The notes: a model not told the origin generated them from the sequence alone. A stretch of 64,000 bases of DNA from Candidatus Poribacteria bacterium (GCA_965198175.1 OZ240245.1:1568001-1632000); one strand, 5' to 3'. Shown: positions 10,023-25,149, counted from the first letter of the stretch. A program made the numbers and translations.

Positions 10023-10574
10023 ATGGCAGACGTCTATATCAGTTTTGGATCTAACATCGGAGATCGCTTTGCTCACATCAATCAGGCGTTACACCTGTTG
10101 CTAGAAGCCGATAGTGTAACGCTGATGCAATTATCCTCTCTCTATGAGACTGAGCCTGTTGGAGATAAGAATCAGGATTGGTTCCTTAACGGCGTCCTCG
10201 CCATTGAAACCCACCTATTACCCCACCCGTTATTAGATTTCCTAAAGACAATTGAAAAGCGAATTGGACGAGAGCATCGGTCCCGCTGGGGCCCCAGGGA
10301 AATCGATCTAGATCTCTTAATCCTTGGCAGCCAATGTGTTGACACGCCCGACTTGACAGTGCCGCATCCCGAAATTCACCGCCGCCGATTTGTGCTCGTT
10401 CCTTTCGTCGAAATCGCGCCGGATGTGGTTCACCCTATCCTTGGGAAAAAAGTCCATACCTTACTATCTGAACTGACAGGTGCAGAGATTGTGCGACGTG
10501 TGGCCCCGCCGCCCATCGAATTGTTAATGGGAAGGACTTCAGTGAGAGCGCGATATAACCCCCAAATCCGCTAA
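10023..10574 (+). CDS. folK: 2-amino-4-hydroxy-6-hydroxymethyldihydropteridine diphosphokinase
   Basis: YISFGSNIGDR, SSLYETEP, RWGPREIDLDLL, PHP and RRFVLVP motifs. Confidence 0.95.
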   Translation: MADVYISFGSNIGDRFAHINQALHLLLEADSVTLMQLSSLYETEPVGDKNQDWFLNGVLAIETHLLPHPLLDFLKTIEKRIGREHRSRWGPREIDLDLLILGSQCVDTPDLTVPHPEIHRRRFVLVPFVEIAPDVVHPILGKKVHTLLSELTGAEIVRRVAPPPIELLMGRTSVRARYNPQIR

Positions 10575-10761
10575 TCATCTAGAGCAATCGAACGGGTTTC
10601 TGGAAGTTAACAATCCACATTGTGAAGCCGTAAGGGACAATCTGGCGCATTTTGCGCAGTTGGAAAAGAACCCTGAACATATCCATACCTATCGCATCAC
10701 AGTGCTGTCGATATCAATACACCAAATATAGGGTATGGTCATGAATATAAGGCGTGCGAAC

Positions 10762-10804
10762 AAAAAAAAGCCTGTATTATACGAGAATCCGCACAATACA
10801 GGCT
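10762..10804 (-). terminator. Rho-independent terminator of the rRNA operon
   Basis: Minus strand: AGCCTGTATTGTGCG/CGTATAATACAGGCT stem followed by a T run. Confidence 0.85.
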
Positions 10805-10813
10805 AAATAGAAT

Positions 10814-10933
10814 CTCCCGGCAACGACCTACTTTCCCACAAGGTTGCCCTTGAAGTATCATCAGCGCTGGAGGGCTTAACTGCCGTGTTCGGAATGAGAA
10901 CGGGTGTTTCCCCTCCGCTATTGCCACCGGAAG
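10814..10933 (-). rRNA. rrf: 5S rRNA
   Basis: Reverse complement contains CCCGTTCTCATTCCGAACACGGCAGTTAAGC and complementary termini. Confidence 0.95.
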
Positions 10934-11035
10934 ACATCAACATGTTTCTTCAAAAGGAAAATCTATGATCCAAAATTATTGCTTTTAGTGACTATTTGAC
11001 AACTCTATAGATTTGACGATTTACTCCAATAAGAA

Positions 11036-14058
<3,023 letters not shown>

Positions 14059-14130
14059 AACAGTTATAAAGTAAATCTATCAAATCTATACAATTGTCAA
14101 AGATCACTGTCTGCAAAAGTTGCAGACCAA

Positions 14131-14204
14131 TGGAGATGAGCGGAGTCGAACCGCTGACCTTCTGCGTGCAAAGCAGGCGCTCTCCCAAACTGAGCTACAC
14201 CCCC
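14131..14204 (-). tRNA. tRNA-Ala(TGC), CCA not encoded
   Basis: GGGGGTGTAGCTCAG...TTTGCAC...GGTTCGACTCC...CTCCA; G3:U70 pair. Confidence 0.95.
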
Positions 14205-14213
14205 ACACTTGAA

Positions 14214-14290
14214 TGGTGGGCTTATCTGGACTCGAACCAGAGACCTCGCGCTTATCAGGCGCGCGCTCTAACCGCCTGAGCTATAAGCCC
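14214..14290 (-). tRNA. tRNA-Ile(GAT), CCA encoded
   Basis: GGGCTTATAGCTCAGG...CTGATAA...GGTTCGAGTCC...GCCCACCA. Confidence 0.95.
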
Positions 14291-14397
14291 CTACAAAAAC
14301 AACAAGCGCTTTAAGAAAGCTAAATAGATTATCAGACTTCCCAATCAAACGAGCTAAACATACCACATGTTTGCTAACAAGTGATAGCCTAAATAAG

Positions 14398-15967
<1,570 letters not shown>

Positions 15968-16074
15968 AACGGTTTGCTAATCCATAGGATTAACAAGAAC
16001 GTAACGAGCTTTAACAAGCTCTAAACTTCGATGTTTGTAAAAACATCTGGACATGTCACGACAAACTATTTAGC

Positions 16075-16088
16075 TTTCAAAGAGCGCA
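16075..16088 (-). promoter_or_regulatory. boxA antitermination element of the rRNA leader
   Basis: GCTCTTTGAAA on the minus strand; a second boxA-like TGATCTTTGACA lies at about 14095-14106. Confidence 0.7.
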
Positions 16089-16120
16089 TGTTATCTACTC
16101 TGCTTTACAGAGTGACGCAA

Positions 16121-16149
16121 AGTATAACACGCGAGGTTTTCGCTGTCAA
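16121..16149 (-). promoter_or_regulatory. Sigma70-type rRNA operon promoter
   Basis: TTGACA-17 bp-TATACT with TGn extended -10 on the minus strand. Confidence 0.85.
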
Positions 16150-16478
16150 GATAAAATCAAAAAAACTGTAGAGATTTTCCAGAGCGTCTTGATAACAGTC
16201 AATTGGCATGCGTAATGAGAAAACTTATCCACTACACAATACACAAAAAATGGTGCGGTAAAAATCGAGGTATCCATTACACTCGTACGGTTTGTCATAT
16301 AATCTCAGCCCCATCTTTTTCCCAATGAATGAAGCCGGTTATCGCGACAAAAAAGGCCCACCAATAGCAGTGGATACACTTGACTGATGCGTTTTTTCAT
16401 TATATACTCTCGTGCGAAAAGTGGGATTTTTCGCAGACACACTCGGGGAAATCGCAACACATTGAATTCCACCGCTTA

Positions 16479-16956
16479 GAGGCTGTTTGAAAACGAAAAA
16501 GTGACGCGCACGGTTGATGTTTACGTTTACTCATTGGGGAAGTAAATACTGAACCAATGAAAGGAGTAAATATGAACCGCAAGAGTTATTCCATGGTTAA
16601 GGTCACTGATGCCAATGTCAGTGACAATCAGATAGCTATTGAGCTACTAACCGAAGTCTATAGTTGGCACATAATGATTCAGTTGGTCTGTGCTGATGCT
16701 GCCTATCGTGGGGAATTAGCAGACTGGTTATATCTTACTCATCAGTGTCAACTGGAGATTGCACCTACGCTAGCACAGCAGGGGTTTGAGGTTGTCCGGC
16801 TACGATGGATTGTTGAGCGCACATTTTCTTGGTTTGGGTGGTTTCGCCGATTGACTTTGGACTACGAACGCTATCCTATGACTGCTGAGACTATGGTGTA
16901 CATCGCTTCCATTCACTTGATGCGAAACCGTATCAAATGACTCTTCAATCAGGTTC
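16479..16956 (+). mobile_element. Internally deleted IS5-family element (transposase C-terminal remnant 16557..16940)
   Basis: ADAAYRG and RWIVERTFSWFGWFRRLTLDYER motifs; imperfect IRs GAGGCTGTTTGAA / TTCAATCAGGTTC flanked by TA on both sides. Confidence 0.8.
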
Positions 16957-17145
16957 TAAGTGTTGGAATCGGAAAAAAAGAAAATATGAGCTACTCATAC
17001 CGCACTTGAAGCGATGCGGGTGAGCTTGTCCGCTGAACAATAAATGCAGGAGAACCGACAGATCGTGTTAGAGTAAAGGAAGGAAGAAGGAAATAAGATT
17101 AGCAACTGTCAAACACCGAGTTGGCGGAGGTGAAAGGAGTTTTGC

Positions 17146-18339
17146 ATGCGGAATTCGTTATCAATGACGGTAGGTAGACACGACAGTCAGATTGACGGCA
17201 GCGACGATCGCGCCATTCAGGCAGGCATTGATTACCTCGCCGCACTCGGCGGTGGGACGCTGAAACTCTTGCCCGGCGTGTATCATCTCAACAACGCAAT
17301 CTATCTACGAAGTAACATCCGGATTGAAGGGAGCGGCGACGAAACGGTGCTGATTAAAAACCCTTCCGTGAGTACGCCCCTCGCCGTCGATTCGGATTGG
17401 TACGATTCGGACGTAACACTAATCAAGAGCGACGGTTTTGAGGTGGGGTACGGGGTTTGCCTAAGAGCAAAGACCCCGCATCACGGCGGATCAAATGTCA
17501 TCAAGCGCACAATTATTGCAAAAGAGGGAGGCCGTCTCTGGCTCGATAGATTGCTCGAAAAGAATTTCTGGGCAGACCATGAAGCGCAGATCTCGACCCT
17601 GTTCCCGATCCTGAGCGGCGAACATATCTGCAACATTGAGATCCGGAATCTTGTTCTCGATGGCAATCGATCCAGCAATCAACACCTTGATGGGAACTAT
17701 GCCGGCTGCATCTTCATGCAGGACTGTGAGCGAATTCAATTCGACAATGTCGAAGCGCGAAACTATAACGGCGATGGCATCTCATGGCAGATTTGCCACG
17801 ATGTGACCGTGACGAATTGTCGGAGCCTGAACAATACCGATTTGGGGTTGCATCCGGGCTCCGGATCGCAACGCCCGATCATGCGGGATAATCACCTTGA
17901 AGGCAATCAGCTGGGGCTTTTCTTCTGCTGGGGTGTGAAACACGGGGTCGCAGAGAACAACCGGATTCTCAACAATCATCAGTTTGGCATTTCCATCGGA
18001 CATCGAGACACAGACAACACGATCCGACTCAATCAAATCGAAGGCAGCGGAGAAATCGGTATCATCTTCCGCAACGAACCAAACAAAGGGCGTAGCCCCC
18101 ATCGGAATTTGGTAGAAAACAACCGGATTGCGAACAGCGGATCGGACAAGGGTGGCATCGGTATTGACATTCAAGGTGAGACCCAATCAATTACGATTCG
18201 GGGCAATCAGATAACCGAAAGTCGGGAAGGCGGCGAACATATCGGTGTGCAGATAGGTGAAAAGACCGCCAATATCCTTCTTGAGAGGAACGAGTTTTCG
18301 GGATTGGCTGTGGGTGTCAAAGATTTGCGAGGCAAATAG
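17146..18339 (+). CDS. Right-handed parallel beta-helix protein (pectin lyase-like fold)
   Basis: DDRAIQAGID...GGGTLKLLPGVY cap; repeated N-x-I-x-x-N / GI motifs; AAGGAG RBS. Confidence 0.85.
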   Translation: MRNSLSMTVGRHDSQIDGSDDRAIQAGIDYLAALGGGTLKLLPGVYHLNNAIYLRSNIRIEGSGDETVLIKNPSVSTPLAVDSDWYDSDVTLIKSDGFEVGYGVCLRAKTPHHGGSNVIKRTIIAKEGGRLWLDRLLEKNFWADHEAQISTLFPILSGEHICNIEIRNLVLDGNRSSNQHLDGNYAGCIFMQDCERIQFDNVEARNYNGDGISWQICHDVTVTNCRSLNNTDLGLHPGSGSQRPIMRDNHLEGNQLGLFFCWGVKHGVAENNRILNNHQFGISIGHRDTDNTIRLNQIEGSGEIGIIFRNEPNKGRSPHRNLVENNRIANSGSDKGGIGIDIQGETQSITIRGNQITESREGGEHIGVQIGEKTANILLERNEFSGLAVGVKDLRGK

Positions 18340-18354
18340 ATGTCTCTACGACGT

Positions 18355-18383
18355 TTGACAGGAAGTTGACAATGTGATAAGAT
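18355..18383 (+). promoter_or_regulatory. Putative sigma70 promoter
   Basis: TTGACA-17 bp-TAAGAT with TGn. Confidence 0.5.
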
Positions 18384-18444
18384 AGACTGCAAATTTTTGC
18401 ATTTTAACGCGGCAACTTAGGTCATAATTATGGAGAAGTTAAGG

Positions 18445-18912
18445 GTGTGTGGTATCGCTGGTTTTTTTAGACAAAACGCAAAATAGCAATGCACCCATGG
18501 GCAAGACTATTCTCGCCATGCTCATGGCACTGGGAGTGCGGGGACCGGATTCGGCACAAACTACCACAAGTTACGCCGTATCTACGAACAGCGCGGTGTC
18601 AAATTCTATACGGAAAACGACTCTGAAATTATCGGCGTCTACCTCGCCGACCAATTGTCTCAGGGATTGAGGTTCAAAGAAGCGTTAGATGCGTCGCTTA
18701 CCAATTTGGACGGCTCCTTCAGCTATCTCGCGGCGACTGAGGATTATATTGGATTTGCCAAAGATCCCTTCGCTTTCAAACTGCTACTCTTTGCCGAAAC
18801 GGATGATTTTGTCGCTGTCGCTACCGAAGAGATCGCGATCCGGGCTGCCTTCGAGGGCGGCTATGAGGTGCGCGAGGCACAAGCAAAGGATGTGAGTGTA
18901 TGGCGGAGATAG
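18445..18912 (+). pseudogene. Class II (Ntn) glutamine amidotransferase, GlxB/MgsA-like, frameshifted and internally deleted
   Basis: GTG-CGIAGF, frameshift in a T7 run, RGPDSA joined directly to TNYHKLRR...ENDSEIIG...LDGSFSYL...KDPF; HTR and HNG segments missing. Confidence 0.75.
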
Positions 18913-19490
18913 CAGGATTACAAATCAATCCACAGGAAATTTACGGGAATTGGCGGGCAGGATACGCTTTGGATTTTTATCGTTTATTTAAGCCATTGGA
19001 ATACACTAAAATTGGCAAATTGGTTTTTCAAGTGAAATATCACCATGACCGGAACCAGATTCAACCTATTGCAGCAATTGCGGCAAAATTCATCACAGAA
19101 GGGTTCGCAGTTGATGGACACCCTGTCCTTCCTTACCTTAGGGCAATTATCCCTACGCCACCTTCAGATACAAAAAGGTCTCTTCAACCCGTCCCCGTAA
19201 TCGCGGCGAAAATAGGAAGTCTCCTGAATCTACCAGTTTACACTGATGATCTGATTAAGGTAAAACAGACACCATTACTCAAGTTTCTTCCGTCCGTAGA
19301 AAGCAAACAGGCGGCAATTCAAGGGGCGTTCGATGTTCAGTCTCCGAATTTGAAAAGACGTTGTGTCTTGCTATTTGATGATATCTATGACTCGGGAACA
19401 ACCTTGACAGAAGCCACCGATGTGCTCTATAGACAGGGCCGTGTAAGTCGCGTGCTTGTCTTAACACTTACACGGACGTACAAAGATTGA
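18900..19490 (+). CDS. ComF-like type I phosphoribosyltransferase
   Basis: VLLFDDIYDSGTT PRPP-binding loop; GNWRAGYALD N-terminus; LTLTRT C-terminus. Confidence 0.85.
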   Translation: MAEIAGLQINPQEIYGNWRAGYALDFYRLFKPLEYTKIGKLVFQVKYHHDRNQIQPIAAIAAKFITEGFAVDGHPVLPYLRAIIPTPPSDTKRSLQPVPVIAAKIGSLLNLPVYTDDLIKVKQTPLLKFLPSVESKQAAIQGAFDVQSPNLKRRCVLLFDDIYDSGTTLTEATDVLYRQGRVSRVLVLTLTRTYKD

Positions 19491-19539
19491 AACGACGAAT
19501 TCTAGGACTACTAACGCTTACCCGAACAAGGTAGAAAAA

Positions 19540-20502
19540 ATGAACATCGAAAGAGATTATTTCTGGTTTCGACTCTTTAAGACACGTGGAATCGGTCCAA
19601 AGTCTCTGATCTCAATTGCCAAGATCCTTAAAAAGGAAGATCTCTCCCCTGAAATGCTGACGTGGAGCCAAAGCGATCTCTCAACCCAATTTCCAGAACT
19701 ATCAAAATTCCTTAGTAAAATCCGCGAAGAGGATGAGGACGAAGTGCGCGCAGAGTATGACGAACTCAAAAGTGAAAGTGTCGATATTATTCACCCAAGA
19801 CATCCCGATTTTCCACCGCAGCTCCTTGAAATCGCGCCGATGTTGTTCATTCAGGGACAACGAAAACTACTTAATTCCGATGGGGTTGCAATCGTAGGTT
19901 CGCGGGATGTGTCAGATACGGGGATTTGCGTTGCACGGGAGCTTGCGGCTGAAATCGCAAACGCGGAGTTAAATGTCGTCTCCGGATACGCCAAAGGGGT
20001 GGACTCAGAAGCCCACTTGGGCGCGCTAGCTGCGGAGGGAACAACGACAATAGTGCTCCCCTACGGTATTAAGGAATTCTGTAAGAAAAAAGCGTTCCGA
20101 GTATTCAATTGGCAGCGGGATGTACTGGTGGTTTCGCAATTTGACCCGAACGTCAAGTGGTTGGCTCCCAACGCAATGGTTCGGAACAAGCTTGTTTGCG
20201 CTCTCTCCAAGGCTGTTGTCGTGATTGAATCAGGACCTAAGAAAGACTCACAGGGCAAAATGTCTGGCACTTTCAACACCGCACGAACGGCTCTCAGTAT
20301 GAACTTGCCGTTGTTTGTTCTGGATCCAGAATACTTTGACAATCCCCCAAAAGGTAACGAGGATCTAATTAAGTTAGGAGGCAAGCACTTCTATCCGGCT
20401 GATGGTGCAGAGGTGATTGTCAAATGTATTTCTGCTGCAAAAATGGAATCGTCCCCCGTTGAACAACAAGCTTCTTCTGAGCAATTAGAGATTCGTTTCT
20501 GA
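19540..20502 (+). CDS. DprA/Smf-like DNA-processing protein
   Basis: VAIVGSR, VVSGYAKGVDSEAH, RNKLV, VVVIESG and GTFNTA motifs. Confidence 0.9.
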   Translation: MNIERDYFWFRLFKTRGIGPKSLISIAKILKKEDLSPEMLTWSQSDLSTQFPELSKFLSKIREEDEDEVRAEYDELKSESVDIIHPRHPDFPPQLLEIAPMLFIQGQRKLLNSDGVAIVGSRDVSDTGICVARELAAEIANAELNVVSGYAKGVDSEAHLGALAAEGTTTIVLPYGIKEFCKKKAFRVFNWQRDVLVVSQFDPNVKWLAPNAMVRNKLVCALSKAVVVIESGPKKDSQGKMSGTFNTARTALSMNLPLFVLDPEYFDNPPKGNEDLIKLGGKHFYPADGAEVIVKCISAAKMESSPVEQQASSEQLEIRF

Positions 20503-21178
20503 GGGCATAGCAATCCGTGCGATGCTATCCGATGCAAAGATACTCCCATCAAGGCAACATCCACCGATTCGCGATTCGGTTCGTAAATTCCTATTTTATA
20601 CATCTTCGAGTTCATTACCTCTGATGTGCACGCGGCGTAGTATTATCTTGCTGTGGTGGCCAACCTTCAAGACATGTGCAAGATACCCTTCTTGATCGGT
20701 TGCGATCGTGATGTGTCGATTACAGTGGGATTGCCCCCAGTATGCTGTGATTTCCCAATGTCCGTCTTCGCGTTGATGGGCAACGAAACAGTCGCCTAGG
20801 CGCACTCTCCAATCCCAATATTAGCTTTCCGGTATCGCCACGTACAACAGCCCAGAACCCCAACCTAATCTTACACGTGTGCATGGATTGAAACCTCCGG
20901 CGGACTGCCCATGTACATTTCATCCCGATTATTCCCATCTGATTCTCTGTAAGCCCTGTATTTCGACCTCGCCCCGAATTGGTGTTTCATCTTCACAATA
21001 TCGAATCTCCAGCAGATGAAGCCGCTTTCGAAACCAGCGTGGCGCATAGAGCACAGAAGTTTGCCTTGACAAAACAATAATACTATGAGATGATAGAAAA
21101 ATACAGGTTTCACGCCGCTGAAATTCATCAACACATAATCCAATTAGTAAAGACCACATAAAAACCATTATAAGTCAG

Positions 21179-22003
21179 ATGCACATTCCAGACTACTATC
21201 GTATATTGGAAGTCAATCGCAAAGCCACAGCAGCGGAAATCAAAAAGGCATTCCGTAAGCTTGCGAAGCGATACCATCCAGATAAGAACCCGGGGCGTGA
21301 GGAATTCGCCGAGCGGATGTTCCGTCAAATCTGCACTGCTTACGAGACGCTTTGCTATTCCCAGCAAAGATTGAAATACGACATGACGCTAGACGCCGCA
21401 GATGAAGAACATCAACTGCAGGCTGCCTACCTTAAGAATCTTAGAAAGGCAACGCAAAAGCGGCAGAAATACGAACTCATGTTTCAGGAGTTGCTGAACC
21501 GAAATGATGAAGCAGGCATCCGGATTTATGAACAGTTGCAGCGTGAGGATAAAAAAGTTCATATTGATGATTTTCTGAATTACGCGGACAGTCGGGACTG
21601 TGAATTCCTCATTGCGGAAGCGTACTATACCCTTGGAAACTATCGAACGGCGATGCGAATTTATGAATCGTTAATCTCACATGAAAAACGTCGCGTGTTT
21701 TTTCACCATTTTGCTGATGAAATCAAAGCACGGCTTAGACAAGTCTATCTTTACTTTCTCACCCATCCGCAGCGTCTAGAAGACATTCCCGCCGATTTAG
21801 AAAGGGTCTGTGCCCTGAATTTGCCAAAACGTGAAACAGCGTGGATTTATAAGAAGCTCGCGGAGTTTTATTTCGACATCAACCGGCACATCCAGGCAGA
21901 GCGAATGCTGAATACAGCGTTCGAGCTTTATCCGCGACTAACAGGCGCGAAAAGAATCTGTCAAAAGTTGGGTGTGGAGTACTTACCGTCTCAGCGGGTT
22001 TAG
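21179..22003 (+). CDS. J-domain (DnaJ-like) protein with C-terminal TPR-like helices
   Basis: DYYRILEV...IKKAFRKLAKRYHPDKNPG. Confidence 0.85.
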   Translation: MHIPDYYRILEVNRKATAAEIKKAFRKLAKRYHPDKNPGREEFAERMFRQICTAYETLCYSQQRLKYDMTLDAADEEHQLQAAYLKNLRKATQKRQKYELMFQELLNRNDEAGIRIYEQLQREDKKVHIDDFLNYADSRDCEFLIAEAYYTLGNYRTAMRIYESLISHEKRRVFFHHFADEIKARLRQVYLYFLTHPQRLEDIPADLERVCALNLPKRETAWIYKKLAEFYFDINRHIQAERMLNTAFELYPRLTGAKRICQKLGVEYLPSQRV

Positions 22004-22179
22004 CACTCGTGAGTGGGTTCGATATCACTGTTAACACCCGGCCCCCAACCTTGGAGGTTAACCAATCAGCCCGGTCGATAGTGGACGAACAACTCGTACT
22101 GCCACCCCAAATCGCATGAGCGGGAAAAGTAAAGTTCATCAAAGGAGAGAACGGAAATTGGGTCGCGGAGACTGTCTAT

Positions 22180-25119
22180 ATGAACAACTCAACCAACCAG
22201 CTTGAACAGGTATTGACCAATCATATTGAAGGCGAAGTGCGCTTCGATCTGTATTCTAAAGTTCTATACAGTACAGACGCAAGCATATATCAGATTGAGC
22301 CAATTGGAGTTGTGATTCCCCGACGTAAAAAGGATGTGCTCAAAACAATTCAAATCGCTTACGAGCGGAATGTGCCAATCCTCGCACGCGGTGGTGGGAC
22401 GAGTCTCGCCGGGCAAGCAGTTGGTGAAGCCATTATCATAGATATGTCCAAATACATGGACACTATCCTTGAGGTGAACATCGAGGAGCAGTGGGCACGG
22501 GTGCAGCCGGGCGTTGTCCTCGACGAATTGAATCACAACCTGAAACCGCATAACCTGATGTTTGCGCCGGATGTGGCGACAAGTAGTCAGGCAACCGTCG
22601 GAGGTATGATTGGTAACAACTCAGCAGGGGCGCATTCGTTAATTTACGGGAAAACTATCGATCATGTGATCTCGTTAGGTTTGATACTTACCAACGGCGA
22701 GGAGATTACGGTTGAACCTATCTCTCTCGACGAGCTCGAAGCTAAAAAGCAGGGAAATTCTCTTGAAAGCCATCTATATCGTGAAATATGTCGTGTTACG
22801 ACGGAAAACGCTGAAGAAATCCGAGCACGATTTCCCCGGATTCTGCGCCGCGTCTCAGGGTATAACCTTGATGAGTTCATCCCCGATGCCGGATCAAAAG
22901 AAGTAACACCATACAGACGAGATGGCTGTGATGCTAAGCTTCCGTTTAACCTAGCCAAAATCGTCGTTGGATCTGAGGGAACGCTTGCCGCAACGGTCGA
23001 AGCCAAGATTAACCTTGTTCCACGTCCCACGAAGACATCGGTCATGACAATCCACTTCGAGACACTAATCGAATCAATGGAAGCTGTAAATCCAATTCTC
23101 GCATGCCAACCCACTGCAGTAGAGCTAGTTGATAAGACCATCCTCGATATGACGAAAGGGTCGCTAGAATATTCGCGTCTGCGCACCTTTATTCAGGGAG
23201 ATCCAGCCGCAATCCTCGCCGTAGAGTTTTATGGCGAGTCAGAAGACGAGTTAGTAGATAAACTCGATTCGCTTGAACGCAAAATGAAGTCGATTGGGTT
23301 GGGCTATTCGTTCGTCCGATGTATGACAACAGCGGAGCAAGCACAAGTGTGGAATATTCGCAAGGCTGGGCTTGGGTTGATGATGGGCATGAAAGGGGAT
23401 TATAAACCCATACCCTTTGTAGAAGATGCCGCTATACCCGTAGGTAGTCTGCCAGAATATGTTCGTCGCTTCGAAAAGCTCCTCGTCGATCACGATACGA
23501 CGGCTGTCTATTACGCCCATGCGAGTGTTGGACTCTTGCACATTAGACCGGTAATAAATCTTAAACAGGTCACAGACATCCAAAAAATGCGCGACATGGC
23601 ACACCGTGTTCTGGACATGACGTTGGAATTCGGTGGAGCGATGAGTGGCGAACATGGTGACGGTCTTGTGCGAAGTGAATGGATTGAGACTATATTTGGT
23701 GCACAAATCTATAATGCGTTTCGCAAGGTGAAAACTGCGTTCGATACAACGGGTATCATGAACCCGGGCAAAATCATTGACCCGCCGCCGATGACCGAAA
23801 ATCTGCGCTACGGTTCCAACTACCGGACAATTCAGATTGATACGTACTTCGACTTCTCCAGTCAGGGCGGATTTGCAGGAGCCATTGAGATGTGTAATGG
23901 AGTTGGTGCGTGTCGCAAGAAGCTAGCCGGCACCATGTGTCCCTCCTACATGGCGACGAAGGAGGAAGAGCATTCGACTCGCGGACGGGCAAACGTGCTC
24001 CGAGCAGTGCTGTCCGGAAGTTTGCCCGCCGAACATTTTAAAAGCAAACGGCTATATGATGTGCTTAGCCTCTGTTTGGAGTGTAAGGGTTGTAAAGCAG
24101 AGTGCGCCTCCAATGTGGACATGGCAAAGCTCAAGTACGAATTCCTCGCTCACTACTATAAGGCGCGCGGTCTACCCCTGCGGAACCGGCTATTTGGAAA
24201 TATCGCCAAACTCAGCGCAATTGGATCTGCGTTCGCCCCGGTATCGAACTGGCCTATGAATAGCGGGGTCTCCAAATGGGCGATGGAAAAAATCATCGGA
24301 ATTGACCGACGACGAACGCTACCAACCTTCGCTCGGGAAACGTTTGAGAGGTGGTATGCAAAACGAGAATCGCAAAATCGATGGGGGAGCCGTAAACAGG
24401 TTGTTCTTTTTCACGATACCTTCATGAATTACAACGAACCTCAAATCGGAAAAGCCGCAGTCGCCGTGCTTGAAGCCGCAGGATTTGAAGTCATTTTGCC
24501 GGATAAGCGTTGTTGTGGTCGGCCCATGATATCTAAAGGGATGCTTGAGCGTGCAATCGAAAATGCGCACTACAACGTTAAGAAACTCCTCCCTTATGCT
24601 CACGAAGGCATACCGATTATCGGATGTGAGCCGAGTTGTATCTCAGCGCTGCGTGATGATTACGTCGACCTAATCCCCGGCGATGACTCCAAGCTCGTGG
24701 CAGAACACGCTTACATGATTGAAGAATTTCTATTCGCATGCCACAAGAATGGAGAATTGCATCTGCAATTTAGGGATACGGAGAAAGATGTATTATTGCA
24801 TGGTCACTGCCATCAGAAGGCGTTGATTGGAATCTCGCCATCCGTGGAGATTCTGAGTTTGCCGACGGGATACAATGTGGAGGTTATCGATTCCGGATGC
24901 TGTGGCATGGCTGGGTCGTTCGGATACGAAACCGAGCACTACGAGGTCTCAATGGAGTGTGGCCGCCAACTTTTCAAAACTGTCGAGGAACAAATCGGCA
25001 ACTTTGAAATTGCTGCAGCGGGGTTTTCTTGTCGTCATCAGATCGAACACGGCACGGGTAAAACGGCGAAACATCTGATTGAGGTGTTCCGTGATGCAAT
25101 ACGAGAAACGCAAATATAA
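22180..25119 (+). CDS. FAD-linked oxidase fused to Fe-S/CCG domains (GlcD-GlcF / YdiJ-like)
   Basis: RGGGTSLAGQA, GSEGTL, SGEHGDG, CNGVGAC, CLECKGC..EC and CCG motifs. Confidence 0.9.
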   Translation: MNNSTNQLEQVLTNHIEGEVRFDLYSKVLYSTDASIYQIEPIGVVIPRRKKDVLKTIQIAYERNVPILARGGGTSLAGQAVGEAIIIDMSKYMDTILEVNIEEQWARVQPGVVLDELNHNLKPHNLMFAPDVATSSQATVGGMIGNNSAGAHSLIYGKTIDHVISLGLILTNGEEITVEPISLDELEAKKQGNSLESHLYREICRVTTENAEEIRARFPRILRRVSGYNLDEFIPDAGSKEVTPYRRDGCDAKLPFNLAKIVVGSEGTLAATVEAKINLVPRPTKTSVMTIHFETLIESMEAVNPILACQPTAVELVDKTILDMTKGSLEYSRLRTFIQGDPAAILAVEFYGESEDELVDKLDSLERKMKSIGLGYSFVRCMTTAEQAQVWNIRKAGLGLMMGMKGDYKPIPFVEDAAIPVGSLPEYVRRFEKLLVDHDTTAVYYAHASVGLLHIRPVINLKQVTDIQKMRDMAHRVLDMTLEFGGAMSGEHGDGLVRSEWIETIFGAQIYNAFRKVKTAFDTTGIMNPGKIIDPPPMTENLRYGSNYRTIQIDTYFDFSSQGGFAGAIEMCNGVGACRKKLAGTMCPSYMATKEEEHSTRGRANVLRAVLSGSLPAEHFKSKRLYDVLSLCLECKGCKAECASNVDMAKLKYEFLAHYYKARGLPLRNRLFGNIAKLSAIGSAFAPVSNWPMNSGVSKWAMEKIIGIDRRRTLPTFARETFERWYAKRESQNRWGSRKQVVLFHDTFMNYNEPQIGKAAVAVLEAAGFEVILPDKRCCGRPMISKGMLERAIENAHYNVKKLLPYAHEGIPIIGCEPSCISALRDDYVDLIPGDDSKLVAEHAYMIEEFLFACHKNGELHLQFRDTEKDVLLHGHCHQKALIGISPSVEILSLPTGYNVEVIDSGCCGMAGSFGYETEHYEVSMECGRQLFKTVEEQIGNFEIAAAGFSCRHQIEHGTGKTAKHLIEVFRDAIRETQI

Positions 25120-25149
25120 AAACTTATCTAAAAATCCTTGAGCTCATAC

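Noticed and set aside
20503..21170. Fragmentary minus-strand ORFs that may be a decayed gene
   Set aside because: No family could be recognised by eye; would need blastx
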